Shown: positions 54,339-64,000 of the stretch, in pieces
Position numbering within the stretch: the first letter of the stretch is position 1
Layout of the letters: the number at the start of each line of letters is the position of its first letter
Origin: an uncultured Candidatus Saccharibacteria bacterium
Lineage (GTDB): Bacteria; Patescibacteriota; Minisyncoccia; Phycocordibacterales; Phycocordibacteraceae
DNA length: 64,000 nucleotides
Reading direction: 5' to 3'
NCBI GenBank assembly: GCA_964398865.1
Contig: CAYNOO010000002.1
Location: 3,588 to 67,587 of the forward strand
Made by a program: the position numbers and the translations under genes
The notes under the pieces: generated by a model
Seen by the model: only the letters and a program-made list of their open reading frames with translations
What the model was told of the DNA's origin: nothing
Database searches by the model: none

Positions 54339-55808
54339 ATGTTTGGGTTTTTGAAAAAGACTGACGCGCCGGTACCGGTCACTCTTTACAACACGCTTTC
54401 AAAGACGAAAGAAGAATTTAAGCCGATAGCTGGCAAAAAGGTGAAGATGTACACCTGCGGACCCACGGTCTACGACTATGCGCATATTGGAAACCTGCGC
54501 GCCTATGTCTTTGCCGATACACTTCGCCGGACGCTTGAATACGCGGGGTATAGCGTGAAGCAAATAATCAATATTACGGACGTGGGGCATCTGGCTCAGG
54601 ATTCGGATGATGGCGAAGATAAGATGACAGCGGCTCTGAAGCGCGAAGGCAAGGAGATGACCTTAGAGAACATGAAAGCTTTAGGGGAAGAGTATGCTGG
54701 GTTCTTCATTGAAGACATGAAGGCACTCAATGTGGAGATGCCGTTTGCATTCCCGCGAGCTTCTGACCATATATCTGAGCAGATTGCTTTCATCTCGAGC
54801 TTGTTTGAAAAGGGTTATGCATACAAGACGTCAGACGGCATGTATTTTGATACTGCAAAATTTCCATCCTACGGAACACTAGGTTTAGCTAATTCGGGTC
54901 GCATCATCTCATCTATAAGTGGGCAGCCAGGGCATGCGCGCGTAGCGGCAAACCCTGAGAAGCACGACCAGCGGGATTTTGCGCTTTGGAAATTCAATAA
55001 AACATTGGGATGGGAAGCGCCATGGGGAAAAGGCTTTCCTGGCTGGCATATTGAGTGCACGGCAATGGCAACGAAGTATCTTGGAAAGAGTTTTGACGTG
55101 CATACGGGCGGTATTGACCACATAGCGATTCATCACAACAATGAAATTGCTCAGGCTGAAGCGGTGTCAGGAAAACAGTATGTGAAATATTGGATGCATG
55201 GTGAATTCATCACGATTGAAGGAAAGCGTATTGGCAAATCTGAAGGGAATGCAATTCGCCTGTATCAGCTTCGCGAACGCGACGTGAGTCCAATGGCATA
55301 CAGATATCTACTGCTCACCGCGCATTATCGTTCGCTCTTGAATTTTACCTGGGAAGCAATTTCTGCCGCGCAGACCGCACTTCAAAGAGCGCAACGCGTG
55401 TTTGCAGATTTGCCCCTCGGCGGTCGTGTTTTGCCCACCTATCGTGCAAAATTTGAAGCCGCTATCAATGATGACCTTAATACGCCAGCGGCGATTGCGG
55501 TCCTATGGGAGCTGATCCGCGATGAATCGATAACCCCGGCAGATAAGCGGAAAACGATACTCGATTTTGACCGTGTTTTGGCTTTAGGGTTCGGCAGTGA
55601 TTTGCAATCAGAAGGTGCAAAACTTTCTGTCACTGAATTCTCTGATTTACCACCTGATATAGCATCCCTCGTCAAAGAGCGCGAAGAGGCAAGGAAAGCT
55701 AAAAATTGGGCACGAGCTGATGAATTACGGTTATCTTTAGAGGAACAGGGATTTGTCCTTGAAGATGGCACGGACGGTCCTATAGTCAGAAATACCCGAG
55801 AGGGCTAG
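54339..55808 (+). CDS. cysS: cysteine--tRNA ligase
   Basis: CGPTVYD.AHIGN, DFALWK, PGWHIEC and HTGGIDH. Start placed at ATG 54339. Confidence 0.97.
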   Translation: MFGFLKKTDAPVPVTLYNTLSKTKEEFKPIAGKKVKMYTCGPTVYDYAHIGNLRAYVFADTLRRTLEYAGYSVKQIINITDVGHLAQDSDDGEDKMTAALKREGKEMTLENMKALGEEYAGFFIEDMKALNVEMPFAFPRASDHISEQIAFISSLFEKGYAYKTSDGMYFDTAKFPSYGTLGLANSGRIISSISGQPGHARVAANPEKHDQRDFALWKFNKTLGWEAPWGKGFPGWHIECTAMATKYLGKSFDVHTGGIDHIAIHHNNEIAQAEAVSGKQYVKYWMHGEFITIEGKRIGKSEGNAIRLYQLRERDVSPMAYRYLLLTAHYRSLLNFTWEAISAAQTALQRAQRVFADLPLGGRVLPTYRAKFEAAINDDLNTPAAIAVLWELIRDESITPADKRKTILDFDRVLALGFGSDLQSEGAKLSVTEFSDLPPDIASLVKEREEARKAKNWARADELRLSLEEQGFVLEDGTDGPIVRNTREG

Positions 55809-55859
55809 CTGACCGTTACCCCTATGGTATTCTGTTTTCATTAACCACATACACTTTTT

Positions 55860-56387
55860 ATGAGCAGAAAAAATATAAATATTATTGTCATATTGGCAGT
55901 CGCTGTCGTTGTTATTTTCATCGGACTCGGGTTTATGGGTCTCGGCGGATTTGGCAGCATTGCTGCTCCTCAAACAGAAGAGACTGGAGCACAAGCGATT
56001 TTGAATGAAATTCAGGATACTGGCACTGTTGCTGATCTTCGCGTTCAGGAAATCACGGTAGGAGAGGGCGACCCTGTTGCCGCAGGCGACACGTTAAGTG
56101 TTGTGTACATCGGCGTCTTGCCGGACGGGACAGTCTTTGATTCCACAGATGCGCATGGCGGCGTACCCTACACGTTCACTATTGGCACAGGAGCGGTTAT
56201 CCAAGGATGGGAAAAAGGATTGATTGGCATGAAAGAGGGCGGCAGGCGTCTCCTTGCTGTGCCTCCAGCACTTGGCTACGGCTCGGAACCATACGGAGAG
56301 ATTCCTGCGAATGCCACATTAATCTTTGACGTACAGCTCGTGAAGCGAGTGCCTGCAGGTGCTCCCGTGACTCCCGCGGTAGAGTAG
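55860..56387 (+). CDS. membrane-anchored FKBP-type peptidyl-prolyl isomerase
   Basis: DGTVFDS, VIQGWEKGL.GM..GGRR, PP.LGYG and IPANATLIFDV. Confidence 0.93.
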   Translation: MSRKNINIIVILAVAVVVIFIGLGFMGLGGFGSIAAPQTEETGAQAILNEIQDTGTVADLRVQEITVGEGDPVAAGDTLSVVYIGVLPDGTVFDSTDAHGGVPYTFTIGTGAVIQGWEKGLIGMKEGGRRLLAVPPALGYGSEPYGEIPANATLIFDVQLVKRVPAGAPVTPAVE

Positions 56388-56392
56388 CACTA

Positions 56393-57631
56393 ATGTCGTC
56401 AGACCGGTTTTCCTTCACGATTGAACACGCGCTCCCCAATGGAGCGCGTGTTGGCGTTATTGAGACTCCGCACGGTTCTTTCCATACGCCGGCATTCGTG
56501 ACGGTTGGCACTAAAGCAACAGTGAAAGCGGTACTGCCTGATGATTTGAAAGAGCGAGTTGGAGCAGAAGTAGCACTGGCAAACACGTATCATCTTTTCC
56601 TTCAGCCAGGTGAGGACATTATTGCGGAAGCTGGAGGGCTTCATGCGTTCATGGGGTGGAGCGGTCCTTTGATGACAGATTCGGGAGGCTTCCAAGTGTT
56701 CTCGCTCGGCGTAGGATTTGGGAAAGGTGTTTCAAAATTCACTTCCACCTCAGATGTAGGACATACGATGTCCTACATGCCGACCCTTTACGATGAGGAA
56801 GTACGCTCGCAGCATGGCAAACTCGCCATTGTCGACGATGAAGGGGTTTCTTTTACGTCACACTTAGACGGTACCCTATACCGCTTTACTCCTGAGCGCT
56901 CGATCGAGATACAGCATAAGCTCGGCGCCGATATGTTCTTTGCGTTCGATGATTTCGTCTCGCCTGAAGCGCCACGCGAGGAGCAGATAAGCTCGATGCG
57001 TCGGACGCATGCGTGGGCGGAGCGATCCCTCACCACGCATCGCGCGAACCTTGAGGCTCGAAAACGCCAAGCTATGTACGGCATCGTGCAGGGAGGTAGG
57101 TATGCAGATTTGCGTCAGAAGAGCGCGGAAGAGATAGGCTCAATGGGTTTTGATGGCATCGGCATCGGTGGAACTTTTTCAAAAGCAGATTTGGGAGATA
57201 CGCTTCATGCTGCAATTCTCCCGCTACCAAAAGAATTGCCGCGGCACCTTCTTGGCATAGGGGAGCCGGAAGATATCTTTGAAGCGGTCGCGCGCGGTAT
57301 TGATTCGTTCGACTGCGTGCAGCCAACAAGACTTGCCCGAACCGGCACGATATATACTGCTCGCGGCAAGATAAATATTCTCAATGAAAAATATATTCGT
57401 GATTTTTCTCCACTTGATCTGGAAACCGGAGGCTACGCTTCTGAGCATTTTTCAAAAGCCTACCTCGCACACCTCTTTCGCGCGAAAGAAATGCTCGGCG
57501 CCACCATCGCCTCCTTGCATAATCTTTATTTCTTGACCTCGCTCATGAAGGATATCCGTTCCTCAATCCTGGAAGATAGGTTTGACGCATTTCGAGATTC
57601 TTTCCTCCAAAAGTATTTATTGAAGACATAA
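56393..57631 (+). CDS. tgt: tRNA-guanine transglycosylase
   Basis: LANTYHL, TDSGGFQVFSL, IVQGG, HLLGIG, FDCV.PTR and LHN. Confidence 0.95.
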   Translation: MSSDRFSFTIEHALPNGARVGVIETPHGSFHTPAFVTVGTKATVKAVLPDDLKERVGAEVALANTYHLFLQPGEDIIAEAGGLHAFMGWSGPLMTDSGGFQVFSLGVGFGKGVSKFTSTSDVGHTMSYMPTLYDEEVRSQHGKLAIVDDEGVSFTSHLDGTLYRFTPERSIEIQHKLGADMFFAFDDFVSPEAPREEQISSMRRTHAWAERSLTTHRANLEARKRQAMYGIVQGGRYADLRQKSAEEIGSMGFDGIGIGGTFSKADLGDTLHAAILPLPKELPRHLLGIGEPEDIFEAVARGIDSFDCVQPTRLARTGTIYTARGKINILNEKYIRDFSPLDLETGGYASEHFSKAYLAHLFRAKEMLGATIASLHNLYFLTSLMKDIRSSILEDRFDAFRDSFLQKYLLKT

Positions 57632-57665
57632 CGTTTAAATGTCCGGTCGGACATTTAAACGTTAT
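57628..57665. repeat. palindrome, family B, 18-bp arms, overlapping the tgt stop
   Basis: ataacgtttaaatgtccg-gt-cggacatttaaacgttat. Confidence 0.9.
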
Positions 57666-57716
57666 CTGAGTACACGACTTTACAAGTAAATTTTTCCTGT
57701 TATTATCCTACACAAT

Positions 57717-57911
57717 ATGGCATTTGGAATGCGGGAGACAGCAGTTCGCACAGAGGGAGCATTTCAATGCGAAAGGTGCGAGGATAAAGGCGTTTACGAA
57801 ATGGGAGTCTGGAATAGATCTCTGCAAATTGAGCAAACTCGCTACAACGCATGTTATTGCAAGGAGGGAGAGCGGTGGCAAGCTATTCTTCCTGCCAATC
57901 GACCTTTCTGA
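57717..57911 (+). CDS. 64-aa zinc-finger-like protein (CxxC...CxC)
   Basis: CERCEDKG...ACYC, with promoter TTTACA-N16-TATTAT (TG-extended) at 57679..57706. Confidence 0.65.
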   Translation: MAFGMRETAVRTEGAFQCERCEDKGVYEMGVWNRSLQIEQTRYNACYCKEGERWQAILPANRPF

Positions 57912-57959
57912 CGGTCATTTTGCTAAAACTAAGCGAGCACAAAAGAGTACAATGGGGGC

Positions 57960-59087
57960 ATGGAACCCCTCGCCGCCAAGATACGACCCAAGAACCTTGA
58001 TGAGTTCACTGGGCAGGAGCACCTAGTAGGAGCAGGCAAGCCGCTTCGCGTTGCGATAGAAGAGAAGCATCGTTTCTCATTCATATTGTGGGGACCACCA
58101 GGGGTTGGGAAGACGACGCTTGCACGCATATATGCCGATTCACTGGATGCTGTATTTTTTGAACTCTCTGCCGTTGCGGCGGGGAAAGACGATATTCGTA
58201 ACGTTGCGGCTGCTGATACGGAAGGCAAACCAAAAATACTTTTCTTGGATGAGATTCATCGTTTCAATAAGGCACAGCAGGATTTCCTTCTGCCGTTTGT
58301 AGAGAAGGGAGAGTTGACGCTCATTGGTGCAACCACGGAGAATCCGTCTTTTGAAGTTATTCCAGCGCTCTTGTCTCGTGCACGTGTGTTTGTTTTAAAA
58401 CCCATTGCAGAAGATGAAATGAAAGGGATAGTGAAGCGAACAGGCATCAAGACAGGTAAAGGAGCACTCGACTGGATCATCGCGTATTCGAACGGCGACG
58501 CACGAGCTGCCATAACTATTATTGAGAACACTGAGCGTTTGTATGGGAAAGTCACATCAGAAACGCTTCAAGAATCATTGCAGTCAGGGAGACTCCGCTA
58601 CGACAAGAAAGGCGAAGAGCATTTCGATACTATCTCTGCCTTCATAAAAAGCATGCGGGCAAGTCAGCCTGATGCCGCGATGTATTATCTCGCTCGCATG
58701 CTTCAGGGAGGAGAAGATCCGGTGTTTGTTGCACGGCGTATGGTGATTTTTGCGAGCGAAGACATAGGACTCGCGCAGCCAACCGCCTTGGTAGTGGCGA
58801 ACGCAGTTTTTGATGCAGTGCGAGCTATTGGAATGCCAGAGGCTTCGATAAACCTCGCACACGGTGTTGCGTATCTATCTCGCTCTAAAAAAGACCGTAG
58901 CGCCTACGATGCCCTCATTGCCGCCGGGGCAGATGCTGAAAAGACCGGCAATCTCCCCATTCCTTTACATGTACGAAATGCCCCAACCAAATTGATGAAA
59001 GAGCTTGGCTACGGAAAGGGGTATAAAAAATATAATACTGAAAGCTACCTACCCGACAAATTAAAGAACAAAAAATATCTTAACTGA
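57960..59087 (+). CDS. rarA: replication-associated recombination protein A (RarA/MgsA)
   Basis: PLA..RP, GPPGVGKTT, DEIHRFNKAQQD, GATTENPSF, SAFIKSMR and ASEDIG. Confidence 0.95.
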   Translation: MEPLAAKIRPKNLDEFTGQEHLVGAGKPLRVAIEEKHRFSFILWGPPGVGKTTLARIYADSLDAVFFELSAVAAGKDDIRNVAAADTEGKPKILFLDEIHRFNKAQQDFLLPFVEKGELTLIGATTENPSFEVIPALLSRARVFVLKPIAEDEMKGIVKRTGIKTGKGALDWIIAYSNGDARAAITIIENTERLYGKVTSETLQESLQSGRLRYDKKGEEHFDTISAFIKSMRASQPDAAMYYLARMLQGGEDPVFVARRMVIFASEDIGLAQPTALVVANAVFDAVRAIGMPEASINLAHGVAYLSRSKKDRSAYDALIAAGADAEKTGNLPIPLHVRNAPTKLMKELGYGKGYKKYNTESYLPDKLKNKKYLN

Positions 59088-59107
59088 TATGATATATCAT
59101 ATCAGTT
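59082..59107. repeat. 26-bp perfect palindrome, family A, overlapping the rarA stop
   Basis: aactgatatgata|tatcatatcagtt. Confidence 0.9.
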
Positions 59108-59163
59108 TTTGAATGCGGGATTTTTAAACTCCATACGTATCGGGCTTTTGTTATACTGCATCG

Positions 59164-61248
<2,085 letters not shown>

Positions 61249-61257
61249 AGCAGAAAT

Positions 61258-61419
61258 TTACCCAATAGGTTCAGTACTCACGCTTTCGTTGACCTCTCCA
61301 TCCCAATCATCTTCCTTTTCTGCGTACCATGCCATCGGAACCTTTGTTTCAGGGGGTTTTATAAAAGCTCCTAATAGATTTGCAACCCAAGGGTTTTTCG
61401 ATTCGAAGTCTTCAAACAT
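61258..61419 (-). CDS. 53-aa acidic hypothetical microprotein
   Basis: Hand translation MFEDFESKNPWVANLLGAFIKPPETKVPMAWYAEKEDDWDGEVNESVSTEPIG. TATAGT lies 6 nt before the ATG. Confidence 0.55.
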   Translation of the reverse strand: MFEDFESKNPWVANLLGAFIKPPETKVPMAWYAEKEDDWDGEVNESVSTEPIG

Positions 61420-61427
61420 ATAGAGAC

Positions 61428-61450
61428 TATATCGAAATCTGACTAAGATG
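61428..61450. repeat. 23-bp direct repeat, copy 1 (promoter-containing)
   Basis: tatatcgaaatctgactaagatg, 22/23 identical to 61652..61674. Confidence 0.9.
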
Positions 61451-61643
61451 TCGCTTCGGCTAGGTAATCGCCCACTGCTTTTCCTAGCGTCTCATCCCAA
61501 ACGTCATCGAAAGGTCTTTTTCTTCCCTCTGCATCCATTTTTTTTAATACGATATTCTCGAGCCTGCGATCGTCGCCGCGCGGTATATAAACCGTTCTCA
61601 AAATGTAATCGCTTGGATTTTCTGGAGCGCCTTCCATCGTCAT
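61443..61643 (-). CDS. 66-aa hypothetical microprotein
   Basis: MTMEGAPENPSDYILRTVYIPRGDD...AEATS. TATAAT lies 6 nt before the ATG and the stop falls inside repeat copy 1. Confidence 0.6.
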   Translation of the reverse strand: MTMEGAPENPSDYILRTVYIPRGDDRRLENIVLKKMDAEGRKRPFDDVWDETLGKAVGDYLAEATS

Positions 61644-61651
61644 ATGGAAAT

Positions 61652-61674
61652 TATATCGAAACCTGACTAAGATG
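61652..61674. repeat. 23-bp direct repeat, copy 2 (promoter-containing)
   Basis: tatatcgaaacctgactaagatg. Confidence 0.9.
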
Positions 61675-61727
61675 CAATTACTTGGTATGGTATAGGGTAT
61701 ACCGCATTTGCGGAGATTTCGCATAGT

Positions 61728-64000
61728 ATGGCAAAGGAAAAAACAAAAGATACGCATGATGCAGACCTCGGCACTGACAAAATAGTCATACGAGGTGCGA
61801 AGACACATAACCTCAAGAATGTGTCACTTGAAATACCGCGAAACAAACTCGTAGTATTTACTGGTCTTTCCGGATCAGGCAAATCGTCCCTTGCTTTCGA
61901 TACTATTTTTGCCGAAGGTCAGCGACGCTATGTGGAATCCTTGTCTGCGTATGCACGACAATTCTTGAACCAGATGTCCAAGCCAGAAGTCGAGGAGATT
62001 ACCGGTCTTTCACCTGCAATCGCCATCGACCAGAAGAGCCGCTCCAACAATCCTCGCTCAACGGTCGCTACCATCACTGAAATCTATGACTACATGCGTA
62101 TTCTTTATGCGCGCGTAGGGCAGCCATATTGTGTGAATGATGACACTCCTATCCAGAAGCTTTCCAAGGAAGAGATTATGAAAATAATTCTTCGTACTGT
62201 AGAGGCTGTGGACTTGAAGCAGACTGCCAAGCGCGCGATGGGAGTTACCTATAATGATTTGAAAGTTCGTATCTTGGCTCCCGTCGTTGTAGGTAGAAAA
62301 GGTGAGTACTACCAACTCTTATATGATTTGCTCGGCAAAGGCTATGAGAAAGTTATTGTGGACGGCACAGAGCACTCGCTTCGCGAGAGAATTGCCCTTG
62401 AGAAGAATAAGGTGCACGACATTGATGTCGTCATCGATGAGCTTTTTGTAACTGAATTCGAGAACTCGAAAGCAGATGCGAGAGAGCGAATGTCAGAAGC
62501 TATCGAGCTTGCGCTTAAGGAATCGAATGGACTCATTAAGATAGAAAACCCACTCAAGGAAATGCGAATTCTCTCCGCGAAGTTTATCTGCCCCTTGGAC
62601 GGGTCATCATTCCCTGAAGTTGAACCGAGACTCTTCTCATTCAATAGCCCCTATGGTGCATGCCCTGAGTGTCATGGGCTTGGGACAATTGGCTTTTTCA
62701 ATCTAGACATCTGTCCTGTGTGCGAAGGCAAACGACTTCGCCCGGAAGCATTACGAGTGTTTTTAGGTGGCGGTCCGCCGAAAGACTCTGCCGTTAAAAC
62801 TAAGACGGAGGCAGCTGGGCTTAACATCGTTGATCTTACGCGTCTCTCCATACTTGATGCGAAAGATTATATCGAGAACCTGAAGCTCACTAAGAAGCAG
62901 GAAGAGATTTCAAGTGCCATATTGAAAGAGATTCTCGCACGACTCCAGTTCATGATTGATGTGGGTATCGGGTATCTCACGCTTGACCGCACGGCAAACA
63001 CGCTCTCTGGCGGAGAAGCGCAGCGTATTCGGCTTGCGTCTCAGCTTGGCAGCGGGCTCGTGGGCGCACTCTACGTGCTTGATGAGCCGACTATCGGCTT
63101 GCACCAGAGAGACAATGACCGACTGGTAAAGACGCTTCTTCGACTTCGAGATTTGGGCAACAGTATCATCGTCGTTGAGCACGATGAAGATACGATATTT
63201 TCTTCAGACTTTATTGTTGATATTGGACCTGGCGCAGGAGTGCACGGTGGCGAGATAGTGGTTGCCGGATGGCTCGATAAGCTTCTTACCGCAAAACGGA
63301 ATGACTCCGGATCGCTCACGCTTTCATATCTTCGTGGAGAAAAGCAGATTCCTGTCCCAACAGAGCGACGCACCGAGCAGAAAGGGGCACTGAAGTTACG
63401 GCAGGGAAATATCTTCAATATCAAGAACATGGATATTGATGTTCCGTTGGGGAGGCTGATTACCGTTACCGGCGTATCTGGCTCTGGAAAGTCCTCGTTC
63501 ATGTATGAGCTTCTCTATAAAAATTTGCGTGGAAAATTGGAGAGAAATTACCGCACGAATAAGTTGTACAATTGCACAAGCTTTTCTGGCACGGAGTATT
63601 TGAGTCGGGTCATTCTTATTGATCAATCATCCATAGGGCGCACTCCTCGCTCTAACCCGGCAACCTACACCGGTGCGTTTTCCCACATCCGCGACATGTT
63701 TGCGGCGACTCCTGAGGCTCGTGCTCGCGGATGGAAAGGCGGTAGGTTCTCTTTCAACGTCAAAGGCGGTCGCTGCGAAGCGTGCCAGGGCAATGGGACT
63801 ATCGCCGTTGAGATGCATTTCTTACCTACGGTGTATGTGACGTGTGACGTGTGCGATGGCAAGCGGTTTATGAAAGAGACATTGGAAGTGGAATATCGGA
63901 AAAAGAATATTCACCAAGTACTCTCTATGACCGTGGAAGAAGGATTGGAGTTCTTCAACGATATCCCCGCTATTCATGATCGTTTGCAGACCCTTTCAGA
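61728..64000 (+). CDS. uvrA: excinuclease ABC subunit A (3'-truncated by window end)
   Basis: Hand translation MAKEK...IVIRGAKTHNLKNV..TGLSGSGKSSLAFDTIFAEGQRRYVESLS, LSGGEAQRIRLASQ and GVSGSGKS. Absent from the track because there is no stop in the window. Confidence 0.97.
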   Translation, partial: MAKEKTKDTHDADLGTDKIVIRGAKTHNLKNVSLEIPRNKLVVFTGLSGSGKSSLAFDTIFAEGQRRYVESLSAYARQFLNQMSKPEVEEITGLSPAIAIDQKSRSNNPRSTVATITEIYDYMRILYARVGQPYCVNDDTPIQKLSKEEIMKIILRTVEAVDLKQTAKRAMGVTYNDLKVRILAPVVVGRKGEYYQLLYDLLGKGYEKVIVDGTEHSLRERIALEKNKVHDIDVVIDELFVTEFENSKADARERMSEAIELALKESNGLIKIENPLKEMRILSAKFICPLDGSSFPEVEPRLFSFNSPYGACPECHGLGTIGFFNLDICPVCEGKRLRPEALRVFLGGGPPKDSAVKTKTEAAGLNIVDLTRLSILDAKDYIENLKLTKKQEEISSAILKEILARLQFMIDVGIGYLTLDRTANTLSGGEAQRIRLASQLGSGLVGALYVLDEPTIGLHQRDNDRLVKTLLRLRDLGNSIIVVEHDEDTIFSSDFIVDIGPGAGVHGGEIVVAGWLDKLLTAKRNDSGSLTLSYLRGEKQIPVPTERRTEQKGALKLRQGNIFNIKNMDIDVPLGRLITVTGVSGSGKSSFMYELLYKNLRGKLERNYRTNKLYNCTSFSGTEYLSRVILIDQSSIGRTPRSNPATYTGAFSHIRDMFAATPEARARGWKGGRFSFNVKGGRCEACQGNGTIAVEMHFLPTVYVTCDVCDGKRFMKETLEVEYRKKNIHQVLSMTVEEGLEFFNDIPAIHDRLQTLS

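Noticed and set aside
59084-59105. Family A palindrome as a LexA/SOS box upstream of uvrB
   Set aside because: Spacing is CTG-N16-CAG rather than CTG-N10-CAG, it does not match GAAC-N4-GTTC, and other copies lie next to non-SOS genes.

Overview
Bacterial chromosome segment read in the standard genetic code. The gene set, compact layout, absence of Shine-Dalgarno sites and many small orphan genes suggest Patescibacteria/CPR, probably Parcubacteria (inference, not verified by search). The housekeeping backbone is miaA, ahpC, parB, rel, topA, dprA, serS, a Dus enzyme, dnaX, nrdAB, cysS, tgt, rarA, uvrB and partial uvrA, plus tRNA-Leu(CAA) and tRNA-Gln(TTG). Accessory content includes a de novo pyrimidine cluster (carAB-pyrE-pyrD-pyrB plus convergent pyrC, no pyrF in the window), a HaeIII-family type II R-M pair, bifunctional GshF, ABC exporters with an ABC-F, and FTR1 and TMEM175 transporters. 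The most notable signals lie below the ORF-track cutoff. (1) At least eight Cys/His-rich zinc-finger-like small genes are scattered between core genes, several with their own near-leaderless promoters. (2) A 23-bp promoter-containing direct repeat precedes each of two tandem micro-genes between uvrB and uvrA. (3) A 30-aa leader ORF runs through a terminator and overlaps the carA start, like the E. coli pyrL attenuator. (4) The essential C-terminal CxxC tail of NrdA lies in the -1 frame. (5) There are several families of small palindromic or repeat elements, including two in-frame insertions in topA and a structured element built from tRNA-Gln 3' end copies. No CRISPR array, rRNA, integrase or transposase was found.
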